Positions 28,254 through 38,050 of a stretch of 64,000 nt of DNA are shown here, piece by piece. This stretch comes from an uncultured Clostridia bacterium. Its GTDB lineage: Bacteria > Bacillota > Clostridia > Christensenellales > CAG-138. Numbering within the stretch: the first letter of the stretch is position 1; each line of letters opens with the position of its first letter. The stretch is taken from positions 73,810 to 137,809 of the forward strand of contig CAMKES010000001.1 in the NCBI GenBank assembly GCA_946411635.1. Reading direction: 5' to 3'. A program made the position numbers and the translations under genes. Under the pieces are notes generated by a model. That model had not been told where the DNA came from. It saw nothing but the letters and a program-made list of their open reading frames with translations, and did not search any database.

Positions 28254-31200
28254 TCATGCGTCGGGCAGCGCGGGGATCAGCTTGACGACGTAGCGCAGGA
28301 TCGCCGCGGCGTCCTCTGCGTCGATCGCGCCGTCGCCGGTCACTTCCGCGTTGAGGACGCCCTCCGCGGAGAGCGTGCTCAGACCGACGAGGGAGCGGAG
28401 GATCATCGCCGCGTCCGCAGCGGTGACCTTGCCGCTGCAGTTTGCGTCGCCGGGCAGGATCGCCGCGATCGCAACGTCCTTTGTCTGGACGGTGAAGTGT
28501 TCGTCCCGGAACGTCGCCGTATAGCGTCCCGAACCGGGCGTGCCGATCGCGGGCGCGGTCACGACCTCATATTCGGCGTCGACCGTTTCGGAGATCGTAT
28601 GACTGCCGTCGTTCGCGCAGACGACCGAGGCCGTGACCCGATAACCGGTTTCGGTCTCCTCCCACGTATAGGCGGGGTCGCCGTAATGATGTCCGAGCGC
28701 TTCGACCGTGCGCGTTTCCTCCGCGTTGCAGCGCGCGCACCTGCGCGTTTCAACGCCGGTTTCGGTGCAGGTCGGCGGGGTCGTGACGGTCCACGCGCCC
28801 CAGTCGTGTCCCAACGCGGGGATGCGGGTATCGGCAAGCGTGATCTCGTTCGCGCCCTGTTCGTCCGAGAAATATCTGCCGCAGCGGGAGCAGTACCAGT
28901 ACTCGGTATTGCCGTCCTCGGTGCAGGTCGGCGCAGCCGCAGCCGTGTGGACGAGGACGTGCACGTGCTCCCCGGAGGGTTCGGTCGTGTAGTACGTCGC
29001 GTCGCCCGCGGTCGCCTTCCAGAAGCGGATGAAGAGCGCCGAGGAGTTGTTGCTGCTGCCCGCCCAGAAATACGGGCCGTCGATGTACATCGCGATCATC
29101 GGATAGTTGCCGCCCTTGGCGTAGGTCGCGCTGCTGGCGTTCGACTTCGTGCCGGGCGTCCAGTCGCAGTAACCGGTACTGTAGGTCCGGTAGCCCGCCA
29201 GATAGCCGCCGGTGTTCTCGCCCAGATACGTGCCCGTCGCATCGTTCTGTATGGAGTAGTAGTTACCGTGCGGTTCCATGGTAAACACGTAGGCGTCCGA
29301 AACGTCGGACAGCGTCGTGCCGTTCAGAACGGCGCCGGTCACCGCATACTGGTCGCAGTTATAGGTGCCTTCGATCGCCGTGCCGTCGGAGCTGACCGAT
29401 ACGCCTTTCATCACGTACATGGGACTCGACGAGGAATTTGCGGTCCGGTAGGTAATGACGTATTTGCCGGACCAGTCGGACGGCGCGGAGGAGACCAGCT
29501 CGTAAACCGGCGCGCCGACGCCCTGTTCCACACGGGAATAGACGGCGTACAGCGTGACGTCGGCGGTGACCGTGTAGGCCGCGCCCGGTTCGGCGTATAC
29601 CGGTTTGCGGTCCGTTTCATCGGGGATCGCCGTATCCGTCCAGCCGATGAACGTCCAGCCGTCGGGATTGACGCTTACGGACGAGGGCAGCGTGATCGCA
29701 TCGCCGTGCAGCGCGGTCGTCTGTCCCTGCGCGGTGCCGGATGCGGTAAAGCACACGGTATAACGGGGCTTCGGCGCAAAGATGACCCTGATCGTGCAGT
29801 CGCTTTCCGGCGTTACGCGGATGATGTTGCCGCGGATAACGGCGGTCGCGGTGCCGCTGACGACTTCATAATCGGCGGCGTAGTAGCCGGCGGCGGGCGC
29901 CGCCGTGATCTTCGTGTCTTCGACCGACACGGTGCCCCACGCCTCGTTGTTGGAGATCGCGGTGACGGTATAGGGCGAGGCGAGCCGGATGCCGATATAA
30001 ACGAGATTCGGGTCCGCGTCGGACGGCGGATTGAACACGCCGTCGACCGGCTTCACGGTGATCGCGCCGCCGCCCTTGACGACGCAGGTGGAACCGGTAA
30101 ACACGACGGGGGACAGCAGATCCCACGGATTCTGCACGTTGTTGTACTGCGAAGGATTGTAGCCGTCCTGCACCTTGAACCCGTAAATGCCGCCGTACTG
30201 ATCCTGCGCGGCGTTGGCGGTAACGGCGACGCGGAAGTCTCTGACCAGCTCCGCGCAGTTCACGCCGGTCGCGTTGGTGATCGCCGTGGTCTCGCTGGAC
30301 GTGAAATGGTCCGAGATCTGCCGGTAGATCGTGTTGCCGAACCGGGAGAACAGGTACTGCGCAAAGAAGGACACCTGCGCGTACAGCGCCAGCACGTCGT
30401 CGATGCCGTTGCTCCAATTGTACATGGAATAGCCGTTGTGCAGGTTGAAGCTGCTCTGATATGCAAATTCCGCGGGCGGATTCAGCCAGTCGCCGTTGGT
30501 GGAGTAGTAATAGTTTTCCCAGGACTGGATGCGGCTGACGACGGAGCTGCCGGGGTAGCAGATCTCCTCCGCGGCGGCGGAGAAGCACTCGTTGAGCCAG
30601 GTCGCCATGCCGCTGGTGTTGGAGTAATTGATCAGATGCTGATACTCGTGCACCATGGTGCTGTACGTATCTTTCATCCGCTTATAGACGTTGCCGCTGT
30701 TGGGATTCTTGTAATAGACGCCGGGATAGGTGTCGATGTTCAGAATGGGCAGGTCGTTGTAGTACAGATCGTACGCGTAGAAGAAGCCCGCGACGTACCC
30801 GCCGGAGCCGTTCCAGCCCTCGTCGATGTTGTAGTACAGTATGTGGAGCTTGCCGTCGCCGGAGCCGGTTTCGTGGTCGCCGAAAGAGGACTGCATCAGA
30901 TCGAACTTGGAGTCGAACTCATCCGCCGCCATCTTGGCGTAGCTCGAATCGATCTCATCCAGCGGATAGGTATTGTTTGCGGAGGACGTCGGCGTCCAGA
31001 TATAGCAGTGCTCGCCCACGTAAAGGCACTCGAATTCCATGCTGTCGCTTCCGGTCGGGGAATACTGCCCGAGGATCTCGAAGGTCTTTGTGTCGCCGAC
31101 GGCGTAGGACGTCGCCTTCAGGAGCGACGGATCGCGCCGCGTTCCGGCGTTCTCCGGCCTGTCAAGCAGCGAATCGACGTCGATCTTCCAGATCGGCAGG

Positions 31201-31514
31201 TCCGTGTTCGCCGCGTGCCGGTTTCCGGGATCCGGCGCGACGACCGGTTCGACGGTCGTTTCGATGAGGCCCGTCAGGTTGCCGACGGAATAGGATGAGG
31301 AGGCGGTCGTGGAGGGATTGTAGATCACGACGTAATCGCCCTCGTAGCCGTCGGTCGGATCGTTGTCAATGATGACGGAATTGTGTACGCCGCGCACGGC
31401 GGAAGCCTCACCGGAGGCCGTCTCGGGCGCCTGCGGCGCGTCCGCAGCCGCGGCGGGCAGCAGCGAGAGAACCATAAGAAGGCTCAGAACGACACAAAAC
31501 AGTTTCTTTTTCAT
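28254..31514 (-). CDS. Secreted zinc metallopeptidase (M30/hyicolysin-like) with repeat domains and C-terminal dockerin
   Basis: Signal peptide. HEYQH...WLNE zincin motif. InlB/Flg_new-like segment (GWTFIGW...TLYAVY) and PTCTEDG/PTCTETG repeats. Dockerin GDANCSGKVTAADA...AEVTGDGAIDAEDA. Confidence 0.82.
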   Translation of the reverse strand: MKKKLFCVVLSLLMVLSLLPAAAADAPQAPETASGEASAVRGVHNSVIIDNDPTDGYEGDYVVIYNPSTTASSSYSVGNLTGLIETTVEPVVAPDPGNRHAANTDLPIWKIDVDSLLDRPENAGTRRDPSLLKATSYAVGDTKTFEILGQYSPTGSDSMEFECLYVGEHCYIWTPTSSANNTYPLDEIDSSYAKMAADEFDSKFDLMQSSFGDHETGSGDGKLHILYYNIDEGWNGSGGYVAGFFYAYDLYYNDLPILNIDTYPGVYYKNPNSGNVYKRMKDTYSTMVHEYQHLINYSNTSGMATWLNECFSAAAEEICYPGSSVVSRIQSWENYYYSTNGDWLNPPAEFAYQSSFNLHNGYSMYNWSNGIDDVLALYAQVSFFAQYLFSRFGNTIYRQISDHFTSSETTAITNATGVNCAELVRDFRVAVTANAAQDQYGGIYGFKVQDGYNPSQYNNVQNPWDLLSPVVFTGSTCVVKGGGAITVKPVDGVFNPPSDADPNLVYIGIRLASPYTVTAISNNEAWGTVSVEDTKITAAPAAGYYAADYEVVSGTATAVIRGNIIRVTPESDCTIRVIFAPKPRYTVCFTASGTAQGQTTALHGDAITLPSSVSVNPDGWTFIGWTDTAIPDETDRKPVYAEPGAAYTVTADVTLYAVYSRVEQGVGAPVYELVSSAPSDWSGKYVITYRTANSSSSPMYVMKGVSVSSDGTAIEGTYNCDQYAVTGAVLNGTTLSDVSDAYVFTMEPHGNYYSIQNDATGTYLGENTGGYLAGYRTYSTGYCDWTPGTKSNASSATYAKGGNYPMIAMYIDGPYFWAGSSNNSSALFIRFWKATAGDATYYTTEPSGEHVHVLVHTAAAAPTCTEDGNTEYWYCSRCGRYFSDEQGANEITLADTRIPALGHDWGAWTVTTPPTCTETGVETRRCARCNAEETRTVEALGHHYGDPAYTWEETETGYRVTASVVCANDGSHTISETVDAEYEVVTAPAIGTPGSGRYTATFRDEHFTVQTKDVAIAAILPGDANCSGKVTAADAAMILRSLVGLSTLSAEGVLNAEVTGDGAIDAEDAAAILRYVVKLIPALPDA

Positions 31515-31736
31515 GGGAGTCCTTTCCTGTCAGCCTTTCTGACAAACCGTCATATCCGAGGATACCGTTCGAGTTATTTTTATTATACCTGTTTGTTCCG
31601 CCGGAAACAAGCATGCCGTTCGTTTTTCTTTCCGGATCCGGCCCCGTTCCGTACGCGCGGCGCGCACTTGTCACTTGTACGGCGGACGAATCTGTGTTAT
31701 ACTGACTTGAAAGAGTTCCGGGGGAATACGAACGAC

Positions 31737-32693
31737 ATGAAATGGCTGGAGATCACGGTCTATACGACCGACGAAGGAATCGATACCGTCTGCGCCGCGC
31801 TGAACGGCGCGGGGATCATGGGACTGTCCATCGAGGAGAGCCGCGAAAAGGCGTACGCGTTTTTGCGCGAAGCCGCGATCTTCTGGGACTTCGCCGACAT
31901 GGACAGGATCGGCACGGACACGCCCTGCGTCAAGGGCTACGTTGCCGACTGCCCCGAAAACCTGCCGACCGTCGAGGCGGCGAAGGCCGCGATCGAACGG
32001 CTCAAAACGATGGAGCATGCCGCGGATCTCGGAACGCTTCTGACCACGGTGGTCACCGTCGACGACGAGGACTGGGCGAACAACTGGAAACAGTACTATA
32101 AGCCGCTTCCGATCGGAAGCCGGCTGCTCGTGCTGCCCTCGTGGGAGGCGCGTCCCGAAACGGACCGCATCGTTCTGAAGCTCGACCCCGGCATGGCGTT
32201 CGGCACCGGCGCGCATCACACGACGCGCATGTGTCTCGAATTTCTCGAAAAGACCGTGAAGCCGGGCGATACGATGCTCGATCTCGGGTGCGGCAGCGGC
32301 ATCCTTTCGATCGCGGCGCGGCTGCTCGGCGCGGCGAAGGCGACCGCGGTGGACATCGATCCGATCGCGGAGTCGATCGCCTATGAGAACGCCGAAATGA
32401 ACGGCATCGGACGCGACGGCTACGAGGTCCTGATCGGCAACGTGCTGTCCGATACGCGCCTGCAGAAACAGATCGCGGGGCGGTATCCGGTCGTCGCGGC
32501 GAACATCGTCGCGGACGTGATCATCGCGCTCGCGCCGATCGCGCGTCCGCTCGTCGCCCCGGGCGGCGTATTTCTCGTATCCGGCATCATCGACGAGCGC
32601 GTCGACGAGGTCGTAAACGCCCTGAACAAGAGCGGCTTCACCGTTTCGGAGCACAGCCGCGCGGAGGGCTGGAACGCCTTCCTCTGCCGATAA
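31737..32693 (+). CDS. prmA: Ribosomal protein L11 methyltransferase
   Basis: DWANNWKQY, LDPGMAFGTGAH, LDLGCGSGILSI and VAANI. Confidence 0.95.
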   Translation: MKWLEITVYTTDEGIDTVCAALNGAGIMGLSIEESREKAYAFLREAAIFWDFADMDRIGTDTPCVKGYVADCPENLPTVEAAKAAIERLKTMEHAADLGTLLTTVVTVDDEDWANNWKQYYKPLPIGSRLLVLPSWEARPETDRIVLKLDPGMAFGTGAHHTTRMCLEFLEKTVKPGDTMLDLGCGSGILSIAARLLGAAKATAVDIDPIAESIAYENAEMNGIGRDGYEVLIGNVLSDTRLQKQIAGRYPVVAANIVADVIIALAPIARPLVAPGGVFLVSGIIDERVDEVVNALNKSGFTVSEHSRAEGWNAFLCR

Positions 32694-32694
32694 C

Positions 32695-33411
32695 ATGCAT
32701 CGCTTTTTTACGAATGAAATACAAAACGGAACCGCGACCGTGCGGGGAGAGGACGTAAAGCACATCGCGAAGGTCCTGCGTCTTCGCGCGGGCGACGCCG
32801 TGCAGCTTTGCGACGGCGCGGGGAACGAGTGCGACGCCGTGATCGCGTCCGTCGCGCCCGACGCGGTCACGTTCGACACGCAGCCGTGGAGCCGCGCGAA
32901 GACCGAATCCGAAACGCGCGTCACGCTGTTTCAGTGCCTGCCGAAGGCCGGCAAGATGGAAACGATCATTCAGAAATGCGTCGAGCTCGGCGCATCGGCG
33001 TTCGTGCCCGTGCAGTCGGAGCGCTGCGTCGTCGTGCTGAAGCCGCCGTACGCGGGACGCATCGAGCGCTGGCAGCGCGTGAGCGAGGAGGCGGCGAAGC
33101 AGAGTCGCCGCGGCGTGATCCCGACGGTCTTTGAACCGGTCGCGCTGGACAGGCTTTCCTTTGCGGAGTTCGACGCCGTGTTCGCCGCGTACGAAAACGA
33201 GCGCACGGTCTCGCTGAAAACGGCGCTCCGGACGCATCCCGGCAAACGGATCGCGATCGTCGTCGGCCCCGAGGGCGGATTCTCCGAAGCGGAGATCGGA
33301 ACGCTCGTTCGCAAGGGCGCCGTTTCCGTTTCGCTCGGACCGCGCATCCTTCGCACCGAGACCGCGGGCATGGCGATGACGGCGCAGATCCTGTACGAGG
33401 TGGAGCCGTGA
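32695..33411 (+). CDS. rsmE: 16S rRNA m3U1498 methyltransferase
   Basis: HIAKVLR, QKCVELG, EAAKQS, VGPEGGF and LGPRILRTETA. Confidence 0.96.
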   Translation: MHRFFTNEIQNGTATVRGEDVKHIAKVLRLRAGDAVQLCDGAGNECDAVIASVAPDAVTFDTQPWSRAKTESETRVTLFQCLPKAGKMETIIQKCVELGASAFVPVQSERCVVVLKPPYAGRIERWQRVSEEAAKQSRRGVIPTVFEPVALDRLSFAEFDAVFAAYENERTVSLKTALRTHPGKRIAIVVGPEGGFSEAEIGTLVRKGAVSVSLGPRILRTETAGMAMTAQILYEVEP

Positions 33412-34676
33412 GAGTCGCATTTTACACGCTCGGCTGCAAGGTCAATCATTACGAAACGCAGGCGATGGAGGAGCTGTTCCGCGCCGCGGGACACACCGTC
33501 GTTCCGTTCGAGGACGTCGCGGACGCGTACGTGGTCAATACCTGTACGGTCACGCAGATGAGCGACAAGAAATCGCGTCAGATCCTTTCGCAGGCGCACC
33601 GCAGAAATCCGAACGCGCCGATCGCGGCGGTCGGCTGCTACGCCGAGGTCGCAAAGGACGCGGTCGCCGCGCTTCCGGGCGTATCGCTCGTGCTCGGCAC
33701 CGAGGGACGGAAGGATATCGTGCGGCTCGTCGAGCGCGCCGCCGTCGGGGGAACGGTCGAAGCGGACTATCCCGCGCCGTTCGAACGCCGCGCGTTCGAG
33801 GAGCTTTCCGCGCAGTCGGACAGCCGCACCCGCGCCACGCTCAAGGTGCAGGACGGCTGCGTGAGCTTCTGCAGCTACTGCATCATTCCGTACGCGCGCG
33901 GCGCGCTGCGCTCGCGCACGCTCGAGAGCACGAAGGCGGAACTGATCGCGCTTGCCGAAAACGGGTACCGCGAGGTCGTTCTGACCGGCATCCAGCTTTC
34001 GGCATACGGCGCGGACCTGTCGGATCATCCGGAGCTTGCGGACCTGATCGCGCTTGCGGACGCGATCCCGGGCCTTGAGCGCCTGCGCCTCGGTTCGCTG
34101 GAGCCGCGGGTCATCACCGACCGGTTCCTGACGGTCGCGGCGAACAGCCGCACGCTGTGCCGGCAGTTCCATCTGTCGCTGCAGAGCGGCTCCGACACGG
34201 TGCTTGCCCGCATGAATCGCCGCTACACGACGGCGGAATACCGCGACGCGGTCGCGCGCATCCGCGCGTGCATGCCGGACGCGGCGATCACCACGGACAT
34301 CATCGCGGGTTTCGTCGGAGAGACGGAGGAGGAGCACGAAGAAACGCTGCGCTTCGTCGAGGAGATCGGCTTTGCGCGCATCCACGTGTTCCCGTACTCG
34401 CGCCGCAAGGGCACGAAGGCGGACGCGATGGAGGGACATCTGCCGCGCGCGCGGAAGGAAGCGCGCACCCGCGAGCTGATCGCGCTCGGCGAACGCCTCG
34501 AAGCGGCGTTTGTCGACCGGCAGATCGGGAAAACGGTCTCCGTCATCATGGAGGACGACGGCACGGGCTATACCGGAAACTACGTTCGCGTGCGCTGCGG
34601 CGCGGCGTGCGGCGAAACGGTCAACGTGAAAATCACCGGCCGCGACGGAACGGTCGCGCTCGGCATCATCGAATAG
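33408..34676 (+). CDS. mtaB: tRNA t6A37 methylthiotransferase (radical SAM)
   Basis: TLGCKVN, NTCTVT and CxxxCxxC (CVSFCSYC). Conserved prmA-rsmE-mtaB order. Confidence 0.93.
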   Translation: MRVAFYTLGCKVNHYETQAMEELFRAAGHTVVPFEDVADAYVVNTCTVTQMSDKKSRQILSQAHRRNPNAPIAAVGCYAEVAKDAVAALPGVSLVLGTEGRKDIVRLVERAAVGGTVEADYPAPFERRAFEELSAQSDSRTRATLKVQDGCVSFCSYCIIPYARGALRSRTLESTKAELIALAENGYREVVLTGIQLSAYGADLSDHPELADLIALADAIPGLERLRLGSLEPRVITDRFLTVAANSRTLCRQFHLSLQSGSDTVLARMNRRYTTAEYRDAVARIRACMPDAAITTDIIAGFVGETEEEHEETLRFVEEIGFARIHVFPYSRRKGTKADAMEGHLPRARKEARTRELIALGERLEAAFVDRQIGKTVSVIMEDDGTGYTGNYVRVRCGAACGETVNVKITGRDGTVALGIIE

Positions 34677-34688
34677 GAGGAAACGAAA

Positions 34689-35024
34689 ATGTGTCTGTTC
34701 TGTAAGATCGCGGCGGGCGAGATCCCGTCGAAAAAAGCGTACGAGGACGAAAGCGTTTACGCGTTTTACGACATCGCGCCGCAGGCGCCGGTGCACGTCC
34801 TCGTGATCCCGAAAACCCACATCGAAAGCGCGCAGGCGCTGACGCGCGAGGACGACGCGCTTCTGGGACATATGTTCGAAGTCGCGCGTACCCTCGCATC
34901 GGAAAACGGACTTGACAAAACGGGCTATCGCCTGATCACAAACGTCGGCGCGGACGCGGGACAGAGCGTACCGCATCTGCATCTGCATCTGATCGGCGGC
35001 AAAACGCTGAAGTGGGACAACTGA
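34689..35024 (+). CDS. Histidine triad (HIT/Hint) nucleotide-binding protein
   Basis: CLFCKI and HLHLH motifs. Confidence 0.95.
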   Translation: MCLFCKIAAGEIPSKKAYEDESVYAFYDIAPQAPVHVLVIPKTHIESAQALTREDDALLGHMFEVARTLASENGLDKTGYRLITNVGADAGQSVPHLHLHLIGGKTLKWDN

Positions 35025-35028
35025 ACGG

Positions 35029-35057
35029 TTGCATTTTCGACGCGATTCGCGTATAAT
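35029..35057 (+). promoter_or_regulatory. Putative sigma-A promoter of murC
   Basis: TTGCAT-17 nt-TATAAT. Confidence 0.65.
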
Positions 35058-35087
35058 GAACCGGATTCAAAGCAGTGGGGAGTAGCT

Positions 35088-36452
35088 ATGACGGCATCAT
35101 TGGACGAGGCAAAACGGATTCATTGCATCGGGATCGGCGGCTGCAGCATGAGCGGCATCGCGCGGATCCTGAAGGCGCAGGGGCATGAGGTCACGGGAAG
35201 CGACCGCGGCACGACGCAGTTCACCGACCGGCTGGAACGCGACGGCATCAAGGTGTATTACGGGCACAAAGCCGAACAGGCGAAGGACGCCGATCTGATC
35301 GTCTATTCCGCGGCGATCAAGCCGGACAACGTCGAGCGCGTTTACGCGCGCGAGCACGGCATTCCGGAACTCGAACGCAGCGTTGCGCTCGGGCAGCTTT
35401 CCGCGCGGTTTCACGAGGTCGTCGCCGTTGCGGGCTGCCACGGAAAGACCACGATCACGTCCATGCTCGCGTTCGTCAACGAGATCGCGGATCTCGACGC
35501 GACGGTGCACGTCGGCGGGTTCATGGATCTGCTGGGCGGCGGCGTGCGGCTCGGCAAGAGCGATCTGTTCATCACCGAAGCCTGCGAATATGTCGAGAGC
35601 TTTCTGACGCTCAAGCCCACGATCGCGATCATCAACAACATCGACAACGATCATCTCGACTATTTCGGCGACATGGACCACATCGTCGCCGCGTTCCGCA
35701 AATTCCTCGCGCTCGTTCCGGAGGACGGGCACGTGCTCGCCTGCACCGACGACGCGTACGTACGCGGTCTTCTGCCGGAGATCCGGCGTCCGGTCGTCAC
35801 CTACGGGCTTTCCGAGGGCGACGTGCACGCCGACGCGATCGAATACGACGCGCTCGGACATCCGTCGTTCGACCTTTACGATCATGGCGAAAAGATCGGC
35901 CGCGTGACGCTGCGCGTGCCCGGCCGGCACAACGTGATCAACGCGCTTGCGGTTTACGCCGCGTCGAAGCTCTGCGGCGTGTCGTTCGGCGACTACGCCG
36001 AGGCGATGGAGCGCTTCCGCAACACGAGCCGCCGCTTCGAACTGCTCGGCGAAAAGAACGGCGTCAGGATCTTTCACGACTACGGGCATCATCCGAACGA
36101 GATCAGAGAGACGCTTGCCGCCGCGACGCACGTGCCGCACGGCAGGATCTTCTGCGTGTTCCAGTGCAACAGCTACACCCGCGCGCGCACGCTGTTCTGC
36201 GAGAACGTCACGTGCTTCAGGGACGCGGACGAGGTCCTCGTGCCGGACATCTATCCGGGCCGCGAGGTCGACACCGGCGTCGTGCATGCGCGCGACATGG
36301 TCGACGGCATCAACCGCGAATCGCATAACGCGAAGTATCTCGGCACGTTCGAGAATATCGCGGCGTATCTCGACGAACACGCGAAGGCGGGGGATATCGT
36401 CATCACGGTCGGCAGCGGCGACGTATACCGTCAGTCGCAGAAGCTGCTGTAA
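35088..36452 (+). CDS. murC: UDP-N-acetylmuramate--L-alanine ligase
   Basis: IGIGGCSMSG, AGCHGKTT, EACEY, NIDNDHLD and DYGHHP. Confidence 0.94.
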   Translation: MTASLDEAKRIHCIGIGGCSMSGIARILKAQGHEVTGSDRGTTQFTDRLERDGIKVYYGHKAEQAKDADLIVYSAAIKPDNVERVYAREHGIPELERSVALGQLSARFHEVVAVAGCHGKTTITSMLAFVNEIADLDATVHVGGFMDLLGGGVRLGKSDLFITEACEYVESFLTLKPTIAIINNIDNDHLDYFGDMDHIVAAFRKFLALVPEDGHVLACTDDAYVRGLLPEIRRPVVTYGLSEGDVHADAIEYDALGHPSFDLYDHGEKIGRVTLRVPGRHNVINALAVYAASKLCGVSFGDYAEAMERFRNTSRRFELLGEKNGVRIFHDYGHHPNEIRETLAAATHVPHGRIFCVFQCNSYTRARTLFCENVTCFRDADEVLVPDIYPGREVDTGVVHARDMVDGINRESHNAKYLGTFENIAAYLDEHAKAGDIVITVGSGDVYRQSQKLL

Positions 36453-36528
36453 AACGAAACGCATCGGGCGGCCGGAAGGGGCCGCCTTTTCTGTTTCGAA
36501 GATATATGAAAAAAACAAAAATCGGGGG

Positions 36529-36557
36529 TTGACAATTCGACGGGGAAGGACTAAAAT
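36529..36557 (+). promoter_or_regulatory. Sigma-A promoter of tRNA-Arg
   Basis: TTGACA-17 nt-TAAAAT. Confidence 0.78.
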
Positions 36558-36579
36558 AATCAAGCACGAAAAAGTGTAT

Positions 36580-36655
36580 GCGCTTGTAGCTCAGTGGATA
36601 GAGTGCCCGGCTACGAACCGGTAGGTCGCAGGTTCGAATCCTGCCAGGCGCGCCA
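36580..36655 (+). tRNA. tRNA-Arg (ACG)
   Basis: GCGCTTGTAGCTCAGTGGATAGAGTGCCCGGCTACGAACCGGTAGGTCGCAGGTTCGAATCCTGCCAGGCGCGCCA: cloverleaf, anticodon ACG, encoded CCA. Confidence 0.96.
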
Positions 36656-36901
36656 CGTCGCCGCGAACGTCGAATCGTTCGCGGCGACATTTCTCTTTTT
36701 GGAGAAAATGTCATCGCTCATCCTCTTCGCCATAGCGCCTCTCCGCAAAAGGAGGCTTCCCCTTGAGGGGAAGCTGTCGGCAAAGCTGACGGATGAGGTG
36801 TTTTGCGCTGCGCGCCGCTCATCTTTTCCGCAAAAATCCTGCTTGTCGGCAAGTCTGTTGTCACAGCCGCCGCGAACGTCGAACCGTTCGCGGCTTTTTT
36901 T
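36656..36901. repeat. tRNA-downstream palindromic repeat array
   Basis: Hairpin GCCGCGAACG-tcgaa(t/c)-CGTTCGCGGC at ~36660 and ~36869. Repeated CGCTCATC...TCCGCAAAA. Internal palindrome GCTTCCCC-ttga-GGGGAAGC. Confidence 0.75.
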
Positions 36902-36943
36902 GACGGAAAGCGCCGTTTGTTTTCACAGTAATTACAGTTTCAT

Positions 36944-37168
36944 TACAACTGCATCGATAAAACGCGCGAGGAAAGAGCGGACGACTACGCGCCGGACTGG
37001 GACTATGAATGCGTGATCGCAGCGGTCTCGCCGGACGGCGTGCTGCTCTCGCTCAACTGGCGCGGCTCGGCAAAGGTGACGGAGACGGTCGCAAAGACGA
37101 CGACGCTGCTGTCCTATGAGGAGATCTCGGATATTTTCCGGCAGCAGATGAACCGCAGCAAAGGATAG
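36944..37168 (+). pseudogene. Internal fragment of a DUF6034-like lipoprotein gene
   Basis: Start-less frame translating ...DDYAPDWDYECVIAAVSPDGVLLSLNWRGSAKVTETVAKTTTLLSYEEISDIFRQQMNR. It aligns by eye to YRLWPRETVVATWDENGLCDFDWNFPLRVTEVVSDNCPLLPFDEIESIAKQQINR of the 3097 protein. Confidence 0.75.
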
Positions 37169-37231
37169 TGAAGTTCAAGCCGCAGGCAAAAGAAAAAAGC
37201 CCCGCAAACGCGGGGCTTTTGTGCGGATGGA

Positions 37232-38050
37232 TTACCAGCCGTAGGAGCTGTAAGCGGCTCTCAAAGCCGACTTGATGCTCGCGCCGACGCCGGCCTGCAT
37301 GAACAGGTAAGCGACCAGCACGACGAGGAACGCGACGACCAGGAACGTAAGGATGAAGACCAGGAACTTGACTTCGCCCTTTTCGGAATTCTTCCGGACT
37401 GCGAAGTAGAGCAGGAAGACCTGCATCAGCAGCGCCGCCGCGAGGAACGGGATGATGAGGACGCCCCAGAGGAGACCGAGCAGCATGTTGAGAACGCAGA
37501 CGATCGTGACCGGGATCGTGGAATACGCAACGGTGTTCAGCGCGCCGATGACAGGCTGATTGCCGCGGTGGAAGATCTTTTCAAGAAGCAGATATGCGCC
37601 GAAAACGATCGCATTTGCAAGGATCGAAACCAGCAGACCGAACAGCAGGAAGAATCCGAAGTTGAACATCTGACCCATTCCGGAAGCGCCCATAACGGAG
37701 GCATACTCCGATACGCTTGCACCGGCTGCGCTGGCGATCGGCCCGAGAATGAGACCGAAAACGCTCAGAACGAACTGGCCGGGATTCAGCGCGAACGAAA
37801 GCGCAAAGAACAGGACGTTTGCACCGAGCAGGATCGACCATTCATGCGTCTTGCTTTCGCCGACGATGGAAAGACCGGCTTCGGGCTTCGGCGAGAAGAA
37901 CGCCTTGATCGCGTTCAGAAGGTTCGTAAAGATCTGGGGCGTGGGCTGCGCGGTCTTCTGGACCGGCGCCTTGCCCGCAACGGGCGCGCCGCAGTTTCTG
38001 CAGAACGTGGAATCGTCCGGGATCTGGGATCCGCATTTTTGACAGAACAT
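37232..38050 (-). CDS. Zinc-ribbon domain membrane protein (Yip1-like TM region)
   Basis: N-terminal FCQKCG...FCRNCG followed by five or more TM segments. Confidence 0.8.
   Translation of the reverse strand: MFCQKCGSQIPDDSTFCRNCGAPVAGKAPVQKTAQPTPQIFTNLLNAIKAFFSPKPEAGLSIVGESKTHEWSILLGANVLFFALSFALNPGQFVLSVFGLILGPIASAAGASVSEYASVMGASGMGQMFNFGFFLLFGLLVSILANAIVFGAYLLLEKIFHRGNQPVIGALNTVAYSTIPVTIVCVLNMLLGLLWGVLIIPFLAAALLMQVFLLYFAVRKNSEKGEVKFLVFILTFLVVAFLVVLVAYLFMQAGVGASIKSALRAAYSSYGW

Noticed and set aside
27909-31298. 1129-aa plus-strand ORF and similar long antisense ORFs (e.g. 10-1596, 14045-15817, 41256-43178, 46883-49030)
   Set aside because: They overlap well-supported genes on the opposite strand and lack RBS or recognisable motifs.
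36656-36901. Two 26-bp palindromic repeats as a mini-CRISPR or att duplication
   Set aside because: Only two copies about 210 bp apart, and they do not duplicate the tRNA 3' end.
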